The notes: a model not told the origin generated them from the letters alone. Counted from the first letter of the stretch, positions 9,599 to 20,553 are shown. The stretch: 64,000 bases of DNA from an uncultured Methanobacteriaceae archaeon (GCA_963829125.1 CAWHHD010000004.1:93442-157441); one strand, 5' to 3'. Numbers and translations: made by a program.

Positions 9599-9778
9599 TT
9601 GTCAAGAATTGTACATTTTGAGATAGCTAATAATAATCAGGAAAACGATATTAAAATAGTTCAATTGCAAAATGCTGGAGTTTCATTGATAAACTATGGT
9701 AATTTGAATATATTTAGATGGAATGAATCCTTCGATAGACTCGCCGATTACTTGGAAAATGAGTTGAATTGGAGGTAA
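9599..9778 (+). CDS. Unannotated 59-aa ORF (MSRIVHFEIA...LENELNWR), N-terminus resembles VOC/glyoxalase proteins
   Basis: Read by hand: AGGAG RBS at ~9585-9589, TTG 9599, TAA 9776-9778; below the ORF-track cutoff. Confidence 0.5.
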   Translation: MSRIVHFEIANNNQENDIKIVQLQNAGVSLINYGNLNIFRWNESFDRLADYLENELNWR

Positions 9779-9853
9779 AATAAAATATTTAATTAATTAC
9801 ACTACGATTTTATTTAAACTAAGATTTTTTGAATGTTAATGGAGTGATAGAAT

Positions 9854-10369
9854 TTGTTAAACGATCCGATTGTTCAAGAATTTTTAATGGATATTACAAA
9901 TAATGATGAGTATACATTTCCAATAATTAATTGTATAATGAATGGTACGACATCTGATTTAGATATTTCAGAAGAAACGGAAATATTGTTAACAACAGTT
10001 AGAAAAATTTTGTATAAACTTCATGATGCAGGGATTGCTACTTATAAGAAAGCTAAAGATCCTAAAACAAAGGTTGATGTATCTGTTTGGAATTTCGAAG
10101 AATTAAAAATGTTTGATATAATTACTAAGAAATATGAAAATATTTCTGATGATATTGAAAAATCTATTTTATATGAGAAAAAAAATATGTTCTTTTCCTG
10201 TACAACGAATGGTCATAGGTATATATTTGAAAAGGCTTCAATTTACAATTTTTTATGTCCTAAATGTGGTGAATCACTTGAATTTCAGGATAATTCCAAT
10301 ATAATAGCAGATCTTATAAAAGAGAAGGATAAATGCAACTCAATGGGAAAATTAAAATTAGAGAGATAA
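9854..10369 (+). CDS. tfe: Transcription factor E (TFEalpha) homologue, probably a divergent paralogue
   Basis: Winged helix (VRKILYKLHDAGIATY) plus Zn-ribbon (FFSC...GHRY...FLCPKCGESLEFQDNS); GGAGTGA RBS, TTG start. Confidence 0.85.
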   Translation: MLNDPIVQEFLMDITNNDEYTFPIINCIMNGTTSDLDISEETEILLTTVRKILYKLHDAGIATYKKAKDPKTKVDVSVWNFEELKMFDIITKKYENISDDIEKSILYEKKNMFFSCTTNGHRYIFEKASIYNFLCPKCGESLEFQDNSNIIADLIKEKDKCNSMGKLKLER

Positions 10370-10529
10370 AATTTTAATTATTTTATTGGCTACAATGTGG
10401 ATGTTTTTGAAAAAAATAAGGATGTGGCTCAGGGGTTAAAAGAAACCTCCAAGGCCTTGAAAACTGGTCACATAAACAGGACGTTGTTGAGAATTCAGGA
10501 AAATGAAAATTTATGCCATATTTGGATTA

Positions 10530-10726
10530 ATCGTAGGCTAATAGTACTAATATCTCTCAGTATAGCGGGAAATCCACTAGGTGGAGTTATAAGTCTGATA
10601 TATGAGATAATTGCATACTCCATAGCCGGTTTCATAATAATGGCATTATTAGCAATAATCTACAACTTCCTGCAACCCAAAATCAGCGGATTCAAATTAA
10701 ACCTAAGAATAAATCTTTTAAAATAA
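10530..10726 (+). pseudogene. Probable C-terminal fragment of a membrane protein
   Basis: Hydrophobic stretch ending AIIYNFLQPKISGFKLNL; the upstream part of ORF 10397..10726 does not look protein-like. Confidence 0.35.
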
Positions 10727-11018
10727 ATTTCTACTTTTTTATTTTTAATTTATATAAAAAAAATATTATAATATGAATATTATTTTTTAGTGAGTCAAGA
10801 CATACAATTTCCATTGCTCCTTATTTGCTTTTAAAATTGTGATTGTCTCCCTCTCCCATAATTGTAATAAAAGAGGATCTGAAATGTAAATGTGGTCATT
10901 TGAAATATTCCCTGAAAATAAATATCATTTCCAAACTGAAATTCTATATTATGAAGAGATTATATCGGTCAAAGATACTGTTAAAGGGTTTTTAGGAACA
11001 ATTCACCAATTAAATGGA

Positions 11019-11360
11019 TCATTCCCTAGTGATCTTATAGAGGATAGTGAGTGCAACTAATTGGATAATGTTAATGAAGAATAATGCAAGGTGAGGTCGT
11101 CCAAAATCGGATACTGGTATTTGAAAGGGTATAATTGGAATAATTAAAGGCAGGGCTAATGCTATAGTTACTAAAATATTTTGAATAAGTAGTACAGAAG
11201 CAAAATATAGAAGACCTATGGTGAATTGAGATTTAACTTCTTTATATGTTTTCCAGTAGGTACTGAGCAATCCTAATAACAAGCCAACGTTTGCAATTCC
11301 AACTACAAATGCTATGTATATCATTATTACTAATGTTGCTCCTAACTCTTCTGTTACCAT
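11019..11360 (-). CDS. Small 3-TM membrane protein downstream of wHTH regulator
   Basis: Three hydrophobic segments; adjacent to wHTH gene in the same orientation. Confidence 0.8.
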   Translation of the reverse strand: MVTEELGATLVIMIYIAFVVGIANVGLLLGLLSTYWKTYKEVKSQFTIGLLYFASVLLIQNILVTIALALPLIIPIIPFQIPVSDFGRPHLALFFINIIQLVALTILYKITRE

Positions 11361-11399
11361 TTTTTGTCCCCTATAATTCCTTAAATGATTTTATCAACT

Positions 11400-11678
11400 T
11401 TATTTCAGTTCTTTCCATAAATCCTGGAATGTGAGATAATTTTCTTCCATTTTGTTCGAGAGGAAATATAATTCGCCATACTTATTTTTCCCAGTTGAAG
11501 TAATTATGTTGTTTTCTGTTAACATTTTCAGATGATGTCGTACTGTTTTGTAATTGAGATTAAGTTTATCTGCCAGTTGATGGGCGTTGTATGGTCTTTC
11601 TTGTAGTGCCATAACAATCCTTGCACGATTAGGCCCGCCAGCAGTGCCTGCAAATACCCACCAAAGCAGTTTTCTCAT
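11400..11678 (-). CDS. ArsR-like winged helix-turn-helix transcriptional regulator
   Basis: GGPNRARIV..L.ERPYNAHQLADKLNLNYKTVRHHLKML...YGELYFLS. Confidence 0.9.
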   Translation of the reverse strand: MRKLLWWVFAGTAGGPNRARIVMALQERPYNAHQLADKLNLNYKTVRHHLKMLTENNIITSTGKNKYGELYFLSNKMEENYLTFQDLWKELK

Positions 11679-11894
11679 CTTAACCCCTATTATATCAGTA
11701 CTCTTTATGCTTATTAATTTCCTAGTTACTATGAGAACATTTTTGTTTCTACTGATTTTAAATGTTTGACATCACCCGGATATTTGGTTGATTATTCTAA
11801 CCATTTTTTTCTATATTTTTTGGTCTAAACCTTTAATCTCTTTACAATTATTTTTGATGATGTTAAAAAGAATTTAAAAAACATAGGAGATGTT

Positions 11895-12594
11895 TTATTT
11901 TGAATTTGAAGTTTTGTTATTTGTCTGAATTTTACCATCCAATACAGTCACGATTCTTTCGGCCATGTTTCCAACGTATGGTTCGTGTGTAACCATGACC
12001 AATGTAACATTTTCTTTTGTATGAAGATCCTTCAGTAAGTTCAGGATAACTTCTCCTGTTTTTGAATCTAAAGCTCCTGTAGGTTCATCTGCTAGTATTA
12101 TTGAGGGATGGTTTACCAAGAGCCCTGGCAATTGCCACTCTCTGCCTTTCTCCTCCTGATAGTTTGGTTGGTTTTTGATCAATTTTATCTTCTAGATCAA
12201 CTGATTTTAAAAGTTCAAATGCCCTTTCATTCATTTCTTTAGAAGTTGCTTTGGTTTCAAACATTGGTATTTGAACGTTTTCAATCACACTGAGGTTGGG
12301 TATCAAGTTGTGCATTTGGAAAACGAATCCAATTTCTTTTGATCTGAATTTGTTCAGATTTTTGGTTTTCATCAGATCTATTCCAGCAACTTTTATTGTA
12401 TCCTTCATCTGCAGTGTCAAGTGCACCTATCATGTTAAGTAAGAGTTGATTTTCCTGAACCTGAAGGACCCATTATGGATATGAACTCTCCCTTTTTCAC
12501 TTCCAAATCCATGCCATTTAATGCCTTTATTTTTCCATTATCATAGCTTTTTTTCAGATCCTTTTATTTCGATGATGTTTTCGTTGTTATTCAT
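11895..12594 (-). pseudogene. ABC exporter ATP-binding subunit (MacB/LolD-like), broken by single-base insertions
   Basis: Reconstructed [11 protein letters not shown]..., Walker [33 protein letters not shown]; at least four +1 insertions; may be intact in vivo. Confidence 0.85.
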
Positions 12595-13751
12595 AGCGCA
12601 GTGCCTCCGTTGGTGATAGTCTACTTGCCCTGTAAGCAGGATATAATCCACCTATGACACCTACAAGGAATGCAACTACCAAATGCCCTTAGGAATATGT
12701 CGAGTGCAAAGGATGGTTTAATAATTCTACCTACAGATGGGACTGAGTGTTAAAAGTACTTCTACTCCTACAACAGCTATCACTGTACCAACAACAAATG
12801 CTATGAGTGTAAGTACAATTGATTCTCCAAGTATCATTCCAAGTATTCTTCTGTCTTTCCATCCAACAGCTTTAAGAACTCCTATTTCTCTTGTTCTTTC
12901 ATAAACAGACATTATCATTGTGTTTATAACTCCAACAGCTCCAATAAATATGGCTAAAAGCGAAATTGCCCAGCTAGCTGTGTCTATAAAACTTAATCCT
13001 TGGTTTATTCTATCTGCTGATGCTTCAGCTGTGGTTGTAGAAAGTTGATTAGGATAAGCATCTTCAATAGACTTGCTTACTGTGGTGACATTTGCATTGT
13101 CTGTTACTTTGACTAGTATGTTACTGACCTTTCCATCATTACTAGTGAGATTTTGTAATGTTGAAAGTGGCATCATGATTCCATTGTCAGTCATGAAATT
13201 TCCTGTTTCAAATGTTCCAGTTATTGTGAAATCTTTACCATACAGATTTATAGTATCTCCAACTGTTTTGTTAAGACTTTGTGCTTCAGTTTTTCCTATT
13301 ATAACCTGATCAGTACTGTTATTTGTGAAAACTGTTCCATTGACACTGTCAATACCTGCTAGACTTAACTTATTTGTGTCAATACCTGTTATTGTAATAC
13401 CACCACCAAAACTGCTCTGAGAACTGTTTGAACAGTTGACTACCTGTTGATGTATTACTGGCCCTTAAAATTCCAGCAGTATCTTTAACACCACTTACAT
13501 TGAGCAGATCATGTCACATAACGTATCGTTTAAGTGTACCACTCTGATCCAAAACCGTTTGAACCAGCTTGAACAACTGTTACTTCAGCTGCACCTGCCT
13601 TAAGAGTACTCTGCGTTGAGTTTTTAAGGCCTCCTGTAACCATTCCCAAGGCCACGATGACCATTATTCCAATTGCTATTCCAACAATAGCAAGGGAACT
13701 TCTAGTTTTGTTTCTGAATGGATTTTTCACCACCAGCGATAAAAATGACAT
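12587..13751 (-). pseudogene. ABC exporter permease (FtsX/MacB family), broken by single-base insertions
   Basis: N-term KNPFRNKTRSSLAIVGIAIGI, MSVYERTREIGVLKAVGW, C-term [21 protein letters not shown] reconstructed across frames. Confidence 0.85.
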
Positions 13752-13784
13752 ACAACTTTCTCTTTCAAAACCTTTTATAATAAT

Positions 13785-13817
13785 TATGCACAATTCATGC
13801 ACAAATCGTGCCCTAAT
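13785..13817. repeat. Three tandem 11-bp imperfect direct repeats next to the TATA box of the ABC operon
   Basis: TATGCACAATT / CATGCACAAAT / CGTGCCCTAAT; on the minus strand they directly precede TATTATAAAA (13782-13773). Confidence 0.65.
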
Positions 13818-14118
13818 CTTTCAGAAATCAATTTAATTTAAGTAGATACCAATAAATGAAAAATCATGGGATATATGGACTTGTTAGGAGATTAGCTATT
13901 GATAAGATTAAGAAACTTCAAAGCACATATACTAATAGTTTAGGCAGGTTAAAAATAAAATCTCGAGATATACTCCATATTTAATTATAAATTTGATCCG
14001 AAGTTAATTTATTATTTGTTCATGGGTTTGTTGATTTTTAATGGTGAAATACAATATATAAGAAATGATATTATTAAGTAAATAATTTTTTTACTAATTA
14101 TTTAACTATGGTGATAAA

Positions 14119-15108
14119 ATGTACAGATTAGCTTTAATTCCAGGAGATGGTATTGGACCCGAAGTTTCTAAAGCCGTTTTACATTTACTTGAGGCATTAG
14201 ATATTGAATTCGATTATACTTGGGCATATGCCGGTGATGCATGTTTTATGGAAACTGGAACAACCATTCCTGATGAAACACTGTCCATAGCAAAAAAAGC
14301 AGATGCAACGCTTTTTGGAGCCGTAACAACTGTTCCGGGACATAAAAGTGCTATAATAACTTTAAGAAAGGAATTAGATCTTTATGCTAATCTAAGACCG
14401 ATTAAGTCATACCCGGGAATAAAATGTCTTTATAATGACATCGACATTGTAATAGTTAGGGAAAATACAGAGGGACTATATTCAGGTATTGAAGAATACA
14501 CAAAAGAAGGTGCCACAGCTTTAAGGGTTATTACAAGGTCTGCATCAGAGAGAATCTGCATGTTTGCTTTTAAACATGCTAAAAAAACCGGAAGAAAAAA
14601 GATAACAGCAGTTCATAAGGCTAATGTTTTAAAGAAAACCGATGGAATTTTCAGGGATTCATTTTTAAAGGTTGCTGAAGATTTTCCTAATTTAAATATA
14701 GATGAAAAATACGTTGATGTTGCAGCTATGCTCCTCATAACCAATCCGAATTATTTTGATGTCATGGTTACTACCAATCTATTCGGAGATATACTATCTG
14801 ATGAAGGTGCGGGACTGGTAGGAGGTCTTGGCATGGCACCATCTGCAAATATTGGGGACCATAATGCATTATTTGAACCTGTACATGGTTCAGCACCAGA
14901 TATTGCTGGTCTTGAAATTTCAAACCCTTCTGGAATGATTTTGTCTGCGGTTATGATGTTGGATTATCTTGGAGAACCATATGAAGCCAGAAAACTTGAG
15001 AATGCACTTCTTGATGTTATATACGAAAGTAAGATCTTAACACCAGATCTTGGAGGATCATCAAAAACCATGGAAATGGCAGATGAAATCAGAAATAAAC
15101 TTTTATAA
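14119..15108 (+). CDS. aksF: Isocitrate/isopropylmalate dehydrogenase family, likely homoisocitrate dehydrogenase (LeuB not excluded)
   Basis: IPGDGIGPEV, YANLRP, RENTEGLY, NLFGDILSD, EPVHGSAPDIAG. Confidence 0.7.
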   Translation: MYRLALIPGDGIGPEVSKAVLHLLEALDIEFDYTWAYAGDACFMETGTTIPDETLSIAKKADATLFGAVTTVPGHKSAIITLRKELDLYANLRPIKSYPGIKCLYNDIDIVIVRENTEGLYSGIEEYTKEGATALRVITRSASERICMFAFKHAKKTGRKKITAVHKANVLKKTDGIFRDSFLKVAEDFPNLNIDEKYVDVAAMLLITNPNYFDVMVTTNLFGDILSDEGAGLVGGLGMAPSANIGDHNALFEPVHGSAPDIAGLEISNPSGMILSAVMMLDYLGEPYEARKLENALLDVIYESKILTPDLGGSSKTMEMADEIRNKLL

Positions 15109-15377
15109 GTTGATAATTTGTTTTTTAGCTCTTTAAATCTCAATTTTTTTGATGGGATATTTTCGGTTCAACGAGTTTGTATAGTAACTTTTATATGGAT
15201 TTCTATTCATAAATTATTCCATAGAATAGGTTGATATTGACAGCTTAGGCTGTTTTTAGGTCAATTTTTTGAATATGAATTAGTTACTTTAACAAGTAAC
15301 TAGACTTCAATAACCTTTTAATTGCCTACAAATGCTGTTTTAAAAATTTTCAAGATAATTTTTGGAGGTATATTTGT

Positions 15378-16475
15378 ATGAAAACTACTATTAGTGTAAT
15401 AAAGGCGGATGTCGGCAGTATAGCTGGACATGCAAAGACTCATGGTGCTTTGCTTGACAAATGTGATGAAATGCTTGCTAAAGCAAAGAAAGAAGAGCTT
15501 TTGGTGGATTATCATATCACCAACTGTGGTGATGACATAGACTTGATAATGACCCACAGAAACGGTGAAGAATATGAAGAAGTTCATGAATTGGCATGGA
15601 ATGCATTTTTAGAGGCTACTAAAGTTGCAAAAAGCCTCAAGCTTTATGGTGCAGGTCAAGATCTTCTCTCAGATACTTTCTCAGGCAACATCAAGGGAAT
15701 GGGTCCTGGATGTGCTGAGATGGAATTTAAGGAAAGACCTTCAGACCCTGTTATTGTCTTTTGTTGTGACAAAACAGAACCTGGAGCATTTAACATGCCA
15801 ATATTTAGAATGTTTGCAGATCCATTTAACACAGCTGGACTTGTTATAGACCCTTCACTCCACGGTGGATATGATTTTGAGATATTCGATGTTATTGAAC
15901 ACAAAAAGGTTACAATGTCATGTCCTGATGAGATGTACGATGCCCTTGCACTACTCGGTTCTACAGGCAGATATGTTATAAAACATGTTACTAGAAGGAG
16001 TGACAATGAGATAGCTGCTTCAATAAGTACTGAAAGATTAAATCTAATGGCTGGTAAGTACATAGGAAAGGACGATCCAGTAGCGATAGTTAGATCACAA
16101 TCAGGATTTCCTGCAGCAGGAGAAGTTGTTGAACCTTTCGCATTCCCACACCTTGTAAGCGGATGGATGAGGGGTTCTCACAACGGACCATTAATGCCTG
16201 TTGCCCAGAGGAATGCTATTCCTGTAAGATTTGACGGACCACCACGGGTTATAGCTCTTGGATTCCAGATTAACAACTCCGAACTCATTGGTCCCCTCGA
16301 TTTGTTCGATGATCCTTCATTTGACAGGTCAAGAAACTTAGCATCAGAAATCGCAGAGTATATGAGAAGACATGGGCCATTCGAACCACACAGATTACCT
16401 CAAGATGAGATGGAATACACAAGCCTGCCTGGTGTTCTTAAGATGCTTGAAGGAAGAATGGAAGATATGGATTAG
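15378..16475 (+). CDS. fbp: Bifunctional fructose-1,6-bisphosphate aldolase/phosphatase (class V)
   Basis: KADVGS, CGDD, LYGAGQDLLSD, GKDDP, GWMRGSHNGP. Confidence 0.96.
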   Translation: MKTTISVIKADVGSIAGHAKTHGALLDKCDEMLAKAKKEELLVDYHITNCGDDIDLIMTHRNGEEYEEVHELAWNAFLEATKVAKSLKLYGAGQDLLSDTFSGNIKGMGPGCAEMEFKERPSDPVIVFCCDKTEPGAFNMPIFRMFADPFNTAGLVIDPSLHGGYDFEIFDVIEHKKVTMSCPDEMYDALALLGSTGRYVIKHVTRRSDNEIAASISTERLNLMAGKYIGKDDPVAIVRSQSGFPAAGEVVEPFAFPHLVSGWMRGSHNGPLMPVAQRNAIPVRFDGPPRVIALGFQINNSELIGPLDLFDDPSFDRSRNLASEIAEYMRRHGPFEPHRLPQDEMEYTSLPGVLKMLEGRMEDMD

Positions 16476-16551
16476 ATTAATCCATAAATTTTTATTTTTT
16501 TAATAAATTCAGTGACTTTGTAATTCCTTTACTAATTCTCATTTAGTTAAT

Positions 16552-17211
16552 CTATTTTAATATTTTACAAATCCAATGAGGAATATCAAGTACTTGATCA
16601 ACCTTATCAATTACAGCACTATCGCTAGTTGCTACAATTCCTCCATAATCCTTTGAAAGTTTCACAAGTTCAAAATCAACATTATTATGAGTTACAGCAG
16701 CTCCATTGAGCCCATTAGTTTTGATTAAATCGTCTGTATGACTTGCAAGTTCACCACTTTTACTCACTGGACTGTCATACAAAAAATAAATACAAGCAGG
16801 TTTATGTGGAGACAAAACGTTTATTATGTAATTTAGAGAGGTTTCAGTTGATGATGTGGTTTTATACTTACCAAAAACAGCTTTGACATCTCTTAAAATA
16901 CCATCATCGCAAAGTATAAGTGAATCATATTCATGCTTGCAGATGGTTTCAACAGATATTAGAACGTTGTAACCGTCTATAAAAATAGTTTTATTATTAA
17001 TGTTGTTGATATCAACGATTTTAGCAGTTCTTTCTCTTGATTCTTTATCAGAAAAAACTTTCCTGACCAAATAATTTCGTCCATTCTTATCTAAAAGGTA
17101 TTTGTTTGTAACTAAGTTTAGAGCAACCTTTTTTCTGTATCCGCGATTTAAAAGGAATTTTAGATCATATGCTGCATTTTTTAAACTTTCTATAATTTCA
17201 TTAGATGGCAT
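16552..17211 (-). CDS. DUF434-type protein (PIN/NYN-like fold)
   Basis: DLKFLLNRGY N-term; IDGYNVLI, DDG.LRD, VATSDS acidic motifs. Confidence 0.75.
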   Translation of the reverse strand: MPSNEIIESLKNAAYDLKFLLNRGYRKKVALNLVTNKYLLDKNGRNYLVRKVFSDKESRERTAKIVDINNINNKTIFIDGYNVLISVETICKHEYDSLILCDDGILRDVKAVFGKYKTTSSTETSLNYIINVLSPHKPACIYFLYDSPVSKSGELASHTDDLIKTNGLNGAAVTHNNVDFELVKLSKDYGGIVATSDSAVIDKVDQVLDIPHWICKILK

Positions 17212-17242
17212 TTTTTATTAAATCTCTATTATATTAAGTAAT

Positions 17243-17899
17243 TTATCCTTTCCTCTTGGCCACTATTATGGGAACACGATCTGAAGCATTCTCAGCCCGA
17301 TCAGCAATGTTTCCTAGCCGTAATACGGTGCTTTTAAGTTCTATTTGAGTAAGAATGTTGATTTCTTGGTTTTTATAGCTAATATATAATCTTTTCAGTA
17401 TCTTTCTTTCAATCTTATCGACTGCATCTTCCAATCTCTCAACTTCATGGGCCTTTGTAAGCGCCTCACCAAGATCCTCATCCAATAATTCAATACATTT
17501 TTTTAGAGCTGTTACAGTTTCGTATATTGAAACCATGAGTTCTGAAAAATCTTCCTTGTATCCAGAAGGAAAATTAATCCTGGCTAGGCATATCCCAAAT
17601 GCTGTTTCCTGTATAATGTCAGCCACACTGTCAACATCTTCTGCTAAAATTATCCTGTCCTCTCTATCGAAGGGGAGAAATGCTCCTTTGAAAAATTCAA
17701 TTTCCATTTTTCTTCGAATATCATCTGCATCATGTTCTAGTTTTGATATCTCTTCCACTTTTTTGTCGATGAATTCAAAATCATTTTTATAATAGTATTC
17801 CATGAGTAGTCTAAGTTGGTTCAAACACTCATAAACCAATTCTACATGTTCCTTTGAGTATTGTTCAACTACTGACTCCCTTTTAAATAAGTTTCTCAT
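17243..17899 (-). CDS. DUF47/TIGR00153 family PhoU-like phosphate transport regulator
   Basis: [38 protein letters not shown]. Confidence 0.85.
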   Translation of the reverse strand: MRNLFKRESVVEQYSKEHVELVYECLNQLRLLMEYYYKNDFEFIDKKVEEISKLEHDADDIRRKMEIEFFKGAFLPFDREDRIILAEDVDSVADIIQETAFGICLARINFPSGYKEDFSELMVSIYETVTALKKCIELLDEDLGEALTKAHEVERLEDAVDKIERKILKRLYISYKNQEINILTQIELKSTVLRLGNIADRAENASDRVPIIVAKRKG

Positions 17900-17952
17900 T
17901 TTATCCCCAGTTTAACTATTTAGGATCAAATCATTGACAATTTACTACTACA

Positions 17953-18204
17953 TTATATAAGTTCATGCAGAAGGCGTATTGCATCTAGAAGCCCATGTGC
18001 ATAGGTAATACAACCAAATGAGGTCAAATAATCCATTTTTTCAAGATAATAATCTGTATCTTTCCTGTAATTTTTGGCCATTTCCACAACTCGGCCCTCT
18101 TCTTCATCAATTTTTATTGATTCTATTTCTTTTATATTTTTTGCAAATAGCTTAATATCCTTTTCAATTCTTTCAACAGCATCCACTTTATCATCCCCCA
18201 TCAA
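17953..18204 (-). CDS. DUF357 family protein
   Basis: [23 protein letters not shown] signature. Confidence 0.85.
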   Translation of the reverse strand: MMGDDKVDAVERIEKDIKLFAKNIKEIESIKIDEEEGRVVEMAKNYRKDTDYYLEKMDYLTSFGCITYAHGLLDAIRLLHELI

Positions 18205-18346
18205 TTTAAATTTTCAAACTTTTGTAATGACAGATTATTCAGAATATAAACAAACAATAAATATTATGGTCATTAATTTTATTAATATAACAAAAATAGA
18301 CTTAGAAATGTTATAGGAATGATGAAAAATTATCCAGTTAATAGAT

Positions 18347-18934
18347 CTAAAGACCTTTGAGTTCTTTCCATGAATGATAAACACGTTGAAAAACTGTAAT
18401 GTATCCTAAAATCATTATTAGAACAATTGATAATCCTAAGGGGTTCATATTGAAGAACTGAAGGCTCGTGAAATAACTTAGAAATGCCCCGATCATTATT
18501 ATTACAAGACGTTCGGCACGTTCGGCAATACCAACATTGCATTCTATCCCTTCTGACTCGGCTCTGGCCCTCACATAACTAACTGTTAAGGATGCGTGGA
18601 GAGCAAGAATTCCAAAGATCCAGTTCACATATCCGCCATAAATTATTCCTATTATTATAAACGCATCTGCAAATCTGTCTGCAGTGGAATCCAATATTCC
18701 ACCAAACTTAGTTGTCTGGTAGTTGTTTCTGGCAACTGCACCATCTAACATGTCTACAAATCCACTCAAAGCAATTAAAAGCCCACCCGTAAATAAATTG
18801 CCAGTTGCAAACATATATGCTGATAGAAGGCTGACAAGTAAGCCTAATAACGTCAGAATGTTCGGATTCACTCGGATTTTCTTGGCTATCGGATCTAGAA
18901 TCATTTTGACTTGTGGTCTGAGTCGGTTCAGCAT
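18347..18934 (-). CDS. Archaetidylinositol phosphate synthase (CDP-alcohol phosphatidyltransferase)
   Basis: [15 protein letters not shown]...[30 protein letters not shown]; start placed at ATG 18934. Confidence 0.88.
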   Translation of the reverse strand: MLNRLRPQVKMILDPIAKKIRVNPNILTLLGLLVSLLSAYMFATGNLFTGGLLIALSGFVDMLDGAVARNNYQTTKFGGILDSTADRFADAFIIIGIIYGGYVNWIFGILALHASLTVSYVRARAESEGIECNVGIAERAERLVIIMIGAFLSYFTSLQFFNMNPLGLSIVLIMILGYITVFQRVYHSWKELKGL

Positions 18935-19004
18935 AAACCTAATATGAATATCTATGGATATATACTTTGGATGGATTGAATGAAGGTGGGGGTTGATTAA
19001 TTTA

Positions 19005-19631
19005 ATGAAGATCATAAAAATTGATGGAACAAATCCAGAACCGGATAAAATAGAAATTGTTCGTAGGGCCATGAAGGATGGTTCCATTGTAGTTTATCCT
19101 ACAGACACAGTTTACGGAATAGGAGCCAATATATTCGATGATAAAGCAATTTTAAAAGTTTATTCTATAAAAAAAAGGTCAAGAAAAAAGCCTTTATCAA
19201 TTTGTCTTTCAAAAATTGAGGATATAAATAAAGTAGCAATAATAGATTATGAAACTGAAAATATAATAAGGAAAATTCTACCAGGACCTTACACATTAAT
19301 TTTAAAGAAAAATAATGAAATATCTTCGCTTTTAACAGGTGGTAGTGATAGGATAGGGCTCAGAATTCCGGATAATAGAATATGTATGGATATTTCAAGA
19401 GATTTTCCCATTACAAGCACAAGTGCTAACTTGTCGGGGTATGATGTTCCGGAATCTCCAGAAGAAGTATTAAAACAATTAGGAACATCTGTGGATATCA
19501 TGATTGATGCGGGTGTATGTGAACATGGTCTTTCATCAACAGTAATCGATATGACAGTTAATCCTCCTAAAGTGATACGTGAAGGGGCAGGAAACCATCA
19601 TTTTATTGATTCAATAACAGATGGTTTATAA
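19005..19631 (+). CDS. tsaC: Threonylcarbamoyl-AMP synthase (short TsaC/YrdC form)
   Basis: [13 protein letters not shown]...[22 protein letters not shown]. Confidence 0.92.
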   Translation: MKIIKIDGTNPEPDKIEIVRRAMKDGSIVVYPTDTVYGIGANIFDDKAILKVYSIKKRSRKKPLSICLSKIEDINKVAIIDYETENIIRKILPGPYTLILKKNNEISSLLTGGSDRIGLRIPDNRICMDISRDFPITSTSANLSGYDVPESPEEVLKQLGTSVDIMIDAGVCEHGLSSTVIDMTVNPPKVIREGAGNHHFIDSITDGL

Positions 19632-19854
19632 TAGAATTTATGAACTTTATTTGATCAATGTGAACTCAGAAGTTAAACTCCATTAATTCTTTTGGAGTCT
19701 GCAAAGATATTTCTATTATTAAATTCAATTACAAATTAGGATTTATTTAGAATTAATTTGAATTCTAAGTTAAAATAAGATCTGAAGTGAATGAAAGAGT
19801 ACTAAAGTTTGGATTTTTAATTTATAATTATTTTAAATCGATCGGGAGAGTTTT

Positions 19855-20553
19855 ATGAAGGTATTATCTGACATAGATGAGAATGTAAAGATACCCACAG
19901 GGTCCCCTATTGATGCAATTATGGGGGGAGGTGTGGAAAAAGGGTGTTTAACTCAATTTTATGGGCCTCCTGGTTCTGGAAAAACTAATATAGCCCTGCA
20001 ATTACTTGTATGCTGTGCTAAAAAGGGAGATAAAGCTATATTTGTAGATACAGAAGGCGGATTGTCAATAGAGAGGGTGAAACAAATATCTAACAATCAA
20101 TTTGATAGTTTTGCAAATAACATAATTATATTCGAACCAACAAGCTTCAACGAACAGATTGATGTATTGAAAAGAATTGAAAACCTTTTAGATTCCAAAG
20201 GTGAGAAAGTTGAGCTCATAATACTGGATTCAGCAGTTGCACTCTACAGACTCAAAGAGGGTGATTCTACTCAGACAAACCGTGAGCTTGGAAAGCAGAT
20301 GGCATTATTATCAAGAATAGCCAGAAATCACAATATAGCAGTAGTTATTACCAATCATATATATTCTGTTTTTGATGGGGATGGAGTAATAGAGCCTGTT
20401 GGTGGCACGATTCTTAAATACTGGAGCAAAATTGTTGTAGAACTTGCCCGAGCCAATGGCCTTGGAGAAAGGTCAGCAGTATTGAAAAGACACAGAAGCA
20501 GACCTGAAGGTTTGAGAACTCGTTTCAGAATAGTTGATCATGGAATTGAATAG
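19855..20553 (+). CDS. radB: DNA repair and recombination protein RadB
   Basis: [34 protein letters not shown]; lacks RadA N-domain. Confidence 0.93.
   Translation: MKVLSDIDENVKIPTGSPIDAIMGGGVEKGCLTQFYGPPGSGKTNIALQLLVCCAKKGDKAIFVDTEGGLSIERVKQISNNQFDSFANNIIIFEPTSFNEQIDVLKRIENLLDSKGEKVELIILDSAVALYRLKEGDSTQTNRELGKQMALLSRIARNHNIAVVITNHIYSVFDGDGVIEPVGGTILKYWSKIVVELARANGLGERSAVLKRHRSRPEGLRTRFRIVDHGIE

Noticed and set aside
10397-10726. 109-aa ORF as a real full-length gene
   Set aside because: Only the 3' hydrophobic part looks protein-like; treated as a fragment
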